Below, one piece after another: positions 35,063-42,783 of a stretch of DNA of 42,783 nucleotides. This stretch comes from an uncultured Candidatus Saccharibacteria bacterium. Its GTDB lineage: Bacteria; Patescibacteriota; Minisyncoccia; Phycocordibacterales; UBA5272. Within the stretch, counting starts at the first letter, position 1. Every line of letters begins with the position of its first letter. The translations under genes and the position numbers were made by a program. The notes under the pieces were generated by a model. The model made no database searches, was not told the origin of the DNA, and saw only the letters and a program-made list of their open reading frames with translations. Location of the stretch: positions 1-42,783 of the forward strand of contig CAYYCT010000002.1 in the NCBI GenBank assembly GCA_964470485.1. Direction: 5' to 3'.

Positions 35063-36778
35063 TTAATGGATAACATTTTGAATCATTTCTAGGATTGATT
35101 TATTGTACAATTTTGGCCAAACACTATTAGTGTATCTATACCAAGTTTCTACTAATAAAAACCGAGAAGCGTTGTCGTAACTATAGAAAGGCAGTATCGA
35201 ATTATTTTTATCATTTGTGATGTAAATGAGGGCTGGCGCAAATAAGAAAATTCCCGGGACTTCGTCAATAAATTCTTTTTGAACAGATTCATAAGCAGCA
35301 TCACGCTCATCTTTAGAATCAGAAGATCGTAAGATCTCAAGGTTTTCATCAAGATTTTTACTAACATAGTTAGAAACATTAAGACCAGGATAAGTTCGTT
35401 GCGATGAATGCCAGAAAGCATAAAGATCAGAAGGAGATTCAGTAATAGCCCCGAAGAGAAGCGCTTGAAAATCTCTATCTTTGATAATATTTTGGTTAAG
35501 ATCAGAAACGTCATAAATAGATATGTTTGTTTTAACCCCAATTTTTTCCCAGTCAGCTTTAATCATCTCGGATACTTTTTTCATTTCGTCTGTATTTGCT
35601 GTGGCGAGAGTTACTTCAAGAGTGCTTGAAGCCTTTTTCATTACTTTAGTGCTTGCTAGAATTTCACGAGCTTTTTCGGGGCTGTATTCAGATGATTCTG
35701 CAGTTGTGTCAAACGGATAAGGGGTATTAATTATTTTTCCATATTTAAAAAGCACCTGATCAACAATTGCTTGTTTATTGATAGCTATTTGGAGTGCAAT
35801 ACGAATATTTTTATCTGCAAGAGGGGATAGTTTATTTGGATTAAAAAATACAGCAAAAGTTCTAGGTAAGAGAGAGGTTTTTATACTACTTGTTGCGATG
35901 CTAAGAGATACAACTTTTTCAGGAGAAATTCCATGGATTCGATCAATATCTCCATCCTCGAAAGCTTTCAGTAGATACTTTTCATTCTGATATGTCGAGA
36001 GAACAATAGTATCAATATAGGGCCTTCCTCGTGTGTAGTTTTTATGTGCCTTAAGTGTGAAAACAGTTGGGATTCCAGATGCAGTAGCTATGTTCTCAAT
36101 CAAATACGGACCACTTCCAACAGCGTGAAGATTAAAGTCACTAAGACTTAGCTGGTCTTCTGAAAGGTTTTTCCAAATATGTTTTGGAAGAATACCAAGA
36201 GAAAGGATTTCCATAAAAAAAGGAAATTCTTTTTTAAGAGTAAAAGTGATCTGACTATCACTATTTTTTTCGACAGTAATTCCTTCCCATTTAACCCTGT
36301 AAGGACTCTTAATAAGAGGGTTTTGGATAAGATTAATTGTATAAATAATATCGTCAGCCGTCACCTTCTCCCCATCATGGAATACCGCCTCTTCTTTAAT
36401 GGTTGCTACATAGTGAAGACCGTCTTCGCTTACGGTAATCGATTTTGCCATATCGAGATTAATTTCACCATTTTGATCTCTTTTTGTTAACCCTGCAAAA
36501 ATAAGCATTGTTAAATCTTTATCTTGTTCGCTTGAAGCAAAAACCGGGTTAATAAAACGAGGGGTTCCTATGATTCCCTCATGGATATTTCCACCATAGA
36601 CAGGAATTTTGATAAGAAATTGATGATTAAAAAGTACGAGTGCCCCAAAAAATAAACTTACGGACAGGATAATAAGAACCCAAAGAACAATAACTCTTTC
36701 AGGGGAAAGTGTCTTATAAACAAAACCGAAGTGTTTTCTAAAAGTATTAATTTTTGCTTTATATTTTGATGTGTCCAT
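35063..36778 (-). CDS. ABC transporter substrate-binding protein, family 5 (peptide/nickel type), membrane-anchored
   Basis: About 570 aa, with an N-terminal TM helix and SBP_bac_5-like sequence throughout. The ATG at 36778 is verified; an alternative GTG lies at 36790. Confidence 0.8.
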   Translation of the reverse strand: MDTSKYKAKINTFRKHFGFVYKTLSPERVIVLWVLIILSVSLFFGALVLFNHQFLIKIPVYGGNIHEGIIGTPRFINPVFASSEQDKDLTMLIFAGLTKRDQNGEINLDMAKSITVSEDGLHYVATIKEEAVFHDGEKVTADDIIYTINLIQNPLIKSPYRVKWEGITVEKNSDSQITFTLKKEFPFFMEILSLGILPKHIWKNLSEDQLSLSDFNLHAVGSGPYLIENIATASGIPTVFTLKAHKNYTRGRPYIDTIVLSTYQNEKYLLKAFEDGDIDRIHGISPEKVVSLSIATSSIKTSLLPRTFAVFFNPNKLSPLADKNIRIALQIAINKQAIVDQVLFKYGKIINTPYPFDTTAESSEYSPEKAREILASTKVMKKASSTLEVTLATANTDEMKKVSEMIKADWEKIGVKTNISIYDVSDLNQNIIKDRDFQALLFGAITESPSDLYAFWHSSQRTYPGLNVSNYVSKNLDENLEILRSSDSKDERDAAYESVQKEFIDEVPGIFLFAPALIYITNDKNNSILPFYSYDNASRFLLVETWYRYTNSVWPKLYNKSILEMIQNVIH

Positions 36779-36810
36779 GGTGAAAATCACAAAGGACTAT
36801 CTATAATTGT

Positions 36811-37035
36811 TTATCGAAACACGACTGGTAGAAAAAGAGAAATAGCAAATATTACCGCAACAAGTATTGTTAAGCGGTGAAGAGATTTCTCTGCTCCTCG
36901 TTTTTCGAGTGTCGCACCAGATCCTCCGTCAGCACCAAAAGCCCCTGATGCATCAGTATTAGCTCTTTGTATAAGGACAAGAGCTACAAGAAGAATCGCT
37001 AATAGTACGTGCACAATAGATAGCAATTGAAACAT
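36811..37035 (-). CDS. secG: preprotein translocase subunit SecG
   Basis: 74 aa with two TM helices and a Gly-rich loop (LLAILLVALVLIQR ... GAFGADGGSG). ATG 37035 is verified. Confidence 0.8.
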   Translation of the reverse strand: MFQLLSIVHVLLAILLVALVLIQRANTDASGAFGADGGSGATLEKRGAEKSLHRLTILVAVIFAISLFLPVVFR

Positions 37036-37200
37036 GAAGAAAGTATACCATAAGTGGTCTATTTCTGCAAAATTCTTTTTATAAAATTCAGGCAAGAAAT
37101 ATCAACTAATCTAGCGGTAATACTTCATAGAATGATAATGATAAAGGAAAATGGAAGATAGAGTTTTATGCCCAGGTTGTTTACTAGTTCAGTAAATTTA

Positions 37201-40200
37201 CTATGAAGGGGTGTTACTTTTTGGGGTTTTTATTTCATCAATACCAATAGTTTTTTCATTATTTCGTGTCGATACCTTTCCTCGTATAATAAGAGGGGTG
37301 TCAAGTGTGCACAGTTCTTTATAACGTTTATATGTTTCCGGGAAGACAGCAACTTCAATAGATCCGTCATAGTCTCGTAGAGTAAGTAACGCCATCTTGT
37401 CACCTTTTTTTGTTATTGTTATTTTTATTGTCTCAATTATTGCCATTAACGTTACTTCTTTACCATCTTGAATTTGTGAATGAACTTTTTCGGTAGTTAC
37501 TCCATGTTTTTCTATTTCACTCTTCCATGGATCAAGTGGAAAACCAGAAACAAAAAGACCCAAGAGTTCTTTTTCCCAAAAAAGTTTTTGTTTTTGTGAT
37601 GCTTCATCCACTTTTTTCATCACAAAGGAATCATCTGGAGATATATTAAAAAGACTAGTTTGAAGGGCATTATCCTTTACAACGTGTTTATGAAATTCAA
37701 GAATGTTCTCCATGTTCGCTAGAACTTCATTTCGCTCAGCGAGAGTATCAAGTGCACCGCACATAGTAAGAGCTTCGAGAGATTTTTTATTTAAATTTTT
37801 GTGAGTGATGCGACGTATAAAATTTTCGAACGAAGTGAAGGCCCCACCTTTTTTTCTTTCAGTAATTATTGCATCAGAAATATCAACCCCAAGATTTTTA
37901 ATGGTATAGAGGCCAAATCGAATCTCTTCTTTCCCTTCCATATTGATAATACTAAAATTACCCTCACTCTTATTAATATCTGGGGGAAGTACAGTAATAT
38001 TCATACGCTTACATTCGGAGACAATTTCTGATATTTTTTCTACATCACCACTTTCATTTGAAAGAATTGCTGTCATGTAAGCAATAGGAAAATTTGCTTT
38101 CATATATGCAGTCTGATAAGCAACTCTCCCATAACTTGCAGCGTGAGCCTTGTTGAATCCATATGCAGCAAAAGGTTCAATTAAAGACCAGATTTCTTGG
38201 CTTTTTTTTGCAGAGAGACCATGACTAAGGAATCCCTCAATAAGTTTTTCTTTCTGAGCTTGCATTTCCGCTGGAATTTTTTTCCCCATTGCTTTTCTAA
38301 GCTTATCCGCCTCGAGCCAAGAATAACCAGCTAAGTGAATCGCAATCAACATAACATCATCTTGATATACAATAACACCAAAGGATTGATCGAGAATTGG
38401 CTCTAGTCTTGGGTCGAGATAAGAAACCAGAGATGGATTATGTTTTCTTCGAATATACTCTGGTATCATTTCAAGCGGTCCAGGACGGTAAAGGGCCACC
38501 ATGGCATTAATATCAAAAATAGTGGTAGGCTTTAGTTCTTTTAGAAATCTCGTCATCCCAGAACCATTTAATTGGAACAACCCAACGGTCTCCCCACGAG
38601 ATAACATTTCAAATGTTTTTTTGTCTTCAAGAGAAATAGTCTCAATATCAACCAAAAGATTGTAGTGTTCTTTTACAAGGGCAATGGAATCTCCTAAAAT
38701 AGTTAAATTTCTAATTCCCAAGAAGTCAAATTTTAAAAGACCAGCATCCTCGATTGTGTGCATGTCGTATTGTGTGATAATTTTCCCACCCTTAGGGTCT
38801 TTTTGTATAGGTGTAAATTCCCATAAAGGGCTAGGAGAAATAACTGTTCCTGCTGCGTGAACAGAAATATGACGGGCACACCCTTCTACTTTTTGTGCCA
38901 TGTCAAGAATTTCTTGAGTTTCTCTATCTCTATCGTAGAGCTCTTTAAGTTCTGGAATATCTTTTAAGGCACCAGATATTGTGACAGGGAAGCCTTGTTT
39001 TGGTAGTGGAATCATTTTACTGATTCTGTCACCAACAATATAGGGGTATTTCATTGCGCGGGCAACATCTCTAACCGCCCCTCTGGCCATCATTGTTCCA
39101 AACGTTCCAATCTGAGCAACATTATCAAGACCATATTTTTTCCGAGCGTAGTCGATAACCTCATCTCTTCTTGTGTCAGCATAATCCATATCAATATCTG
39201 GAGCGGATGGGCGTTCTGGATTTAGAAATCGCTCAAAGGGAAGTTTGTAATGAAAGGGGTCACATTTAGTAATTTGTAGGAGGTAAGTAACTAATGATCC
39301 AGCAACAGATCCTCGAATGTTGGTAAGTATATTATTTTCACGGGCGTATCGAATAAGATCATACACAACAAGGAAATAGGGAGAGTAACCTTTATCTGCA
39401 ATAATTTTTAGTTCATACTCTAGACGATCTTTAACTGTAGTGGTAAGTTCCATGTTTCGAACAGTTAAACCCCGGTAAGCAAGTTCTCTGAGGTCCTCAT
39501 TGTAACCAACAGTATATTCAATTGCTGGAAAAACCCAAGAACCAAGGGGTATCTCTAAATTACAAAGATCCGCTATTTTCAAGGTATTCTCTATTGCTTC
39601 AGGTATATCTTTAAAAGGAGAGTTTTCTAAATCTGTAATAAAATCAAAGGTATCTTTTTGGAATAGGTTATTATATTCTTCATTTGAATATTCATCACCG
39701 TGTACGAGATAGAGGATTTTTTGCGCTGCCTTATCTTTAGGGTGAAGATAATGAGTGTTCCATGTTGCGACTAAAGGGGTACTCGTTTTTTTTGCAAATA
39801 GGATTGTTTTTGAGCGTATTTCAGCGCTAGAATCAAGATTAGACTGCGGGTTTATTTCTAAGTAGTATGAGTCTGGAAAATTATTTTTGTAAAAGGCGAG
39901 GCGAGATAGAGCCAGGTTTTCATCAAGAACAAGAAGATTATTTACATCACCCCAAAAACCACCAGAAATAAGCAGAAGCCCATCTTTATACTTTTTTAGA
40001 ATATCATCATTTAAAATAGGGTTAATAGGGTTTTCTACGTTTACGATAGATGTAAGATGCATTAGATTTTTATAACCCTGAAAATTTTTTGCCAAGAGAA
40101 CAATTTGAAATTTTCTTTCATTGTAAGTAGTGGTAAATTCGACTCCAATGATCGGTTTGAGTCCTTGTTTTTTACAGGTGCTATAAAATTCAATAGCACC

Positions 40201-40332
40201 ATACATATTATTGTAATCAGTTATTGCAAGAGAAGTCATTCTAGCTTCCTTTGCTTTTTTTACCAAGTCATGGACTTTTGGTAAAGCCTTTAAAAGAGAA
40301 TAGTGGGTATGATTACGCAAGTGAACAAACAT
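37201..40332 (-). CDS. dnaE: DNA polymerase III alpha subunit
   Basis: N-terminal PHP domain (FVHLRNHTHYSLL), polymerase core motifs (GLLKFDFLGIRNLT) and an OB-fold near the C-terminus. Length is 1043 aa. Confidence 0.95.
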   Translation of the reverse strand: MFVHLRNHTHYSLLKALPKVHDLVKKAKEARMTSLAITDYNNMYGAIEFYSTCKKQGLKPIIGVEFTTTYNERKFQIVLLAKNFQGYKNLMHLTSIVNVENPINPILNDDILKKYKDGLLLISGGFWGDVNNLLVLDENLALSRLAFYKNNFPDSYYLEINPQSNLDSSAEIRSKTILFAKKTSTPLVATWNTHYLHPKDKAAQKILYLVHGDEYSNEEYNNLFQKDTFDFITDLENSPFKDIPEAIENTLKIADLCNLEIPLGSWVFPAIEYTVGYNEDLRELAYRGLTVRNMELTTTVKDRLEYELKIIADKGYSPYFLVVYDLIRYARENNILTNIRGSVAGSLVTYLLQITKCDPFHYKLPFERFLNPERPSAPDIDMDYADTRRDEVIDYARKKYGLDNVAQIGTFGTMMARGAVRDVARAMKYPYIVGDRISKMIPLPKQGFPVTISGALKDIPELKELYDRDRETQEILDMAQKVEGCARHISVHAAGTVISPSPLWEFTPIQKDPKGGKIITQYDMHTIEDAGLLKFDFLGIRNLTILGDSIALVKEHYNLLVDIETISLEDKKTFEMLSRGETVGLFQLNGSGMTRFLKELKPTTIFDINAMVALYRPGPLEMIPEYIRRKHNPSLVSYLDPRLEPILDQSFGVIVYQDDVMLIAIHLAGYSWLEADKLRKAMGKKIPAEMQAQKEKLIEGFLSHGLSAKKSQEIWSLIEPFAAYGFNKAHAASYGRVAYQTAYMKANFPIAYMTAILSNESGDVEKISEIVSECKRMNITVLPPDINKSEGNFSIINMEGKEEIRFGLYTIKNLGVDISDAIITERKKGGAFTSFENFIRRITHKNLNKKSLEALTMCGALDTLAERNEVLANMENILEFHKHVVKDNALQTSLFNISPDDSFVMKKVDEASQKQKLFWEKELLGLFVSGFPLDPWKSEIEKHGVTTEKVHSQIQDGKEVTLMAIIETIKITITKKGDKMALLTLRDYDGSIEVAVFPETYKRYKELCTLDTPLIIRGKVSTRNNEKTIGIDEIKTPKSNTPS

Positions 40333-41044
40333 GATAATTTATAGATAAAGTGTACCAGAATAATCAAAATATATGTATATAATAATCAAAAAAATGATAA
40401 AGAGATAAAAAATAAGCTATGTTTTATACATGATAAGAATTAGATTTTTTAATAATTATATTTTATATTATATTTTATAATATATTATATAAAATATATC
40501 ATATTTAATGATTAGTAAAAACAGATTGTTAAAAATAAGATTATCAAATAATAAAATAGGGGAATATTTTTATGTATATAAAATCGTTTTTTAAAGTAGT
40601 TATTTTTTATTGTGTTTCTTGTTTGTTTTTGAATAAAAAGATATTTTTACTTTTATTTTATAAGCTTTTTAAGACTGTAAAAATAAATTTTTACAGTTAT
40701 TATTCTTATTTTAATTTTAAAAAAGGCTTATAATATATATGTAATAAACTATTAGGTTTTTATGTATAAATTAATTTTTTTATAAAAAATTATTACATTC
40801 TATACATGTTTTATACTTATTCTTAATATAATCTTGTATGTATTATTTCTTGCTTTTTCTCTTTCTTTAAATGATTGTAAAAGTTATCATAATTTTTTAG
40901 AATTACCACTACCTTTTTACTGTAAATAATCTTATTTTAACTTTTTAAAATAAGGTTTTTTTAATTGTACTTTATCCACAAGTTTTATTCATTTTGATAT
41001 GTACTTAAGTTGCTTTTTTACTATACTTATTAGTATAAAACTTC
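40333..41044. promoter_or_regulatory. ~710-bp extremely AT-rich divergent intergenic region
   Basis: A sampled 60-nt line is 17% GC. It contains a tandem 12-mer TTATATTTTATA x2 (40456-40479), a near-perfect inverted copy (40488-40499) and a perfect DnaA-box consensus TTATCCACA (40972-40980). Confidence 0.5.
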
Positions 41045-42783
41045 ATGCAAGATCTTCGTAATCGGTTTGGTCGCATACTGTCTATTTTTATTACTGTATA
41101 TCTTATACAGTCACTTTCCTTGTCAACAGTTTATGCCAGCCTTATTAACAATGACTTTAGTACAAAAAATGAAATAAATTCGTCTCAATATTTTCAAAAA
41201 GAAAATATTATAACCCCAACCTATTTTTCTAAAATTTTCTTGTCAAAGTTTGTTTTTGGTAAAAACAAAGAAAATAAAAATCTAAAATTATCTATTTTAA
41301 ATTCTGAAGGAAGGAGTATTGATGTTGCTGGAGCGGGAATTATTTCGCCAATTTTATTACAAATTTTTTATAAAAAATTAGGAATTTTTTCACTAAATCT
41401 TTTTTCAAAAAATAAATATCTCACAGAAACTAATTTTAAAACATATAGTTTTATATTACCTGTAGTTTCAACGATAAAAACAGAATATACAAAACCATAT
41501 GCTTTTTTTGGCGCTAATACAATCTCTGCTGAGGCGGCTTCGGTAAAAAATAAAAATAAAATCCAAGTTACTCTCTTCGATAAATTTTCTCTTGATTTTT
41601 ATTGTAAAACAACATCTATTTTTTCTTCACTAGAAAATAGGAGGTGTGATTATAGTAATATTCTTGCAGGCTTAACTAACACAGACATTTTATCTGGAAT
41701 ATCAACGTCTACACCAATAAACACAGCCACAACAACTGTTGTTTTACAGCCGACAAATATTTATGTTTCAACCACAACCGTGACATATATTACTAAGTAT
41801 GTTTCAGTCCCAGGCCGATCTGGCAAAGATGGTCGTGATGGTAAAGACGGGAAAGATGGACAAGATGGGCAACAATCAGGTTCTTTCTTCTCTTTTTCTT
41901 CATCAAATCCACCAGTTGTTAGTGGAGATTATCCAGATACAATTGATAATGTAACAATTTCAAGTTCAACATTTACAGGGTCAAATGTTTTTAATGGTGA
42001 TGTGCTTTTTAATAATAATATTACAGTTTCCGGAATCACCACACTTTCTACTTCAACGATAACAAATCTTACTATTTCTGGCGCTATTTATGATTCTAAT
42101 AATGTTATGGGGAATGCGTGGCAGACACTTGTCAGTAATGGAACTTCTACATATTGGGCAAATGCCACAGGCACAATTATTGGGGGGTCTGCTACGGGCT
42201 CTACTTTTTATTGGAACGGTTCAACTTGGGCTGAGAATGTTAATGTTATTTTTGATCCTTCAGGAAATATTATTACACCAGGTAATTTAACAGTCGGGGG
42301 GAATCTTACTTTTTCGACCGCAACAGTCGCAGAATTGATTGCCGCAAGTTCTAGTATAAATAATGCCAATATAACCAATTTGCTTGTTGAAAATTCAACA
42401 ACAACAAATGCCTTCACCACCAACCTTACCGCAGTTAATGCTACTACCACCAACATTGTTTCCACTAATGCATCCACAACAAATCTCACGGCAGCTTCGG
42501 GGACAATTTCTACACTTTCTAGTAATGATGCTTCAATCACAAACCTTATCAATACTAACGCTACTTCTTCCAATCTTTTCTCTACACTTCTTAATGCAAT
42601 TACGGCAGTATTTACTAATGTAACCGCAACAGATGCTTTATTCACCAATGCTTCATCAACTAATCTGTTTTCTACCACAGGGACGATTTCATCTTTCTTC
42701 TCTACTCTTGCCAATATCACTAATCTTGTTGTAGGAAACTCTACAACTACCAACGCTACTATTACCAACCTTACTGCTACTAA
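41045..42783 (+). CDS. secreted repeat protein (partial, continues beyond the window) with a collagen-like triplet run and tail-fibre-like Thr/Asn repeats
   Basis: I translated it codon by codon from ATG 41045 to the window end: 579 codons with no stop. It has a signal-peptide-like N-terminus (ILSIFITVYLIQSLSLSTVYA), seven G-X-Y triplets at 41813-41875 and T-N-[LA]-rich repeats from about 42300. Confidence 0.8.
   Translation, partial: MQDLRNRFGRILSIFITVYLIQSLSLSTVYASLINNDFSTKNEINSSQYFQKENIITPTYFSKIFLSKFVFGKNKENKNLKLSILNSEGRSIDVAGAGIISPILLQIFYKKLGIFSLNLFSKNKYLTETNFKTYSFILPVVSTIKTEYTKPYAFFGANTISAEAASVKNKNKIQVTLFDKFSLDFYCKTTSIFSSLENRRCDYSNILAGLTNTDILSGISTSTPINTATTTVVLQPTNIYVSTTTVTYITKYVSVPGRSGKDGRDGKDGKDGQDGQQSGSFFSFSSSNPPVVSGDYPDTIDNVTISSSTFTGSNVFNGDVLFNNNITVSGITTLSTSTITNLTISGAIYDSNNVMGNAWQTLVSNGTSTYWANATGTIIGGSATGSTFYWNGSTWAENVNVIFDPSGNIITPGNLTVGGNLTFSTATVAELIAASSSINNANITNLLVENSTTTNAFTTNLTAVNATTTNIVSTNASTTNLTAASGTISTLSSNDASITNLINTNATSSNLFSTLLNAITAVFTNVTATDALFTNASSTNLFSTTGTISSFFSTLANITNLVVGNSTTTNATITNLTAT

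Noticed and set aside
40441-40510. AT-rich 12-mer repeats considered as a CRISPR array or mobile-element ends.
   Set aside because: The repeats are only 12 bp, directly abutting with no spacers, and pure A/T. There are no cas, transposase or integrase genes and no target-site duplication nearby.
42208-42768. 186-aa minus-strand ORF, and the small plus-strand ORFs at 42090-42290 and 42384-42623.
   Set aside because: They are shadow ORFs inside the Thr/Asn repeat region of the open-ended plus-strand gene that starts at 41045. Codon repeats such as ACN and AAY keep the alternative frames open.
1-42783. Alternative genetic code (UGA read as Gly, code 25), as in some candidate-phyla lineages.
   Set aside because: Conserved genes such as msrA and leuS terminate at TGA with lengths matching their families, and no conserved protein appears split at in-frame TGA codons. 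The standard bacterial code fits.

Overview
This is a low-GC (mid-30s % by eye) bacterial chromosomal segment, densely packed with housekeeping genes. I found no tRNA or rRNA genes, CRISPR arrays, transposases or integrases. Standard genetic code fits: ORFs ending in TGA stop at homolog-like lengths. Recognisable genes are a PAP2 phosphatase, a MacA/MacB-like efflux trio, msrA, rnhB, a HIT protein, leuS, mltG, a DEDDh exonuclease, uvrA, uvrC, class I ribonucleotide reductase (nrdA/nrdB), a Ddl-like ATP-grasp protein, a MutY-like glycosylase, a pseudouridine synthase, an MFS transporter, two tandem RNase J genes, a family-5 solute-binding protein, secG and dnaE. A large secreted repeat protein runs off the 3' edge and is missing from the ORF track because it has no stop codon in the window. 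The trimmed repair proteins and the sigma-r4/HARE-HTH protein suggest a small-genome, CPR/Patescibacteria-like organism, but that is inference only. Five things deserve a second look. (1) A roughly 450-nt GC-rich (about 55-60%), hairpin-dense non-coding island lies between uvrA and uvrC; it has a minus-strand intrinsic terminator and I could not match it to tmRNA or RNase P RNA by eye. (2) A complete Nudix hydrolase domain with a perfect Nudix box is inserted inside leucyl-tRNA synthetase. (3) The two RNase J genes form a 1882-bp tandem duplication with a mosaic of 100% identical blocks around a diverged centre. (4) A roughly 710-bp extremely AT-rich divergent intergenic region carries 12-mer repeats and one perfect DnaA box. 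(5) Several DNA-repair proteins are trimmed: UvrA lacks the insertion domain, UvrC is short, and the MutY-like protein has no Fe-S cysteines.
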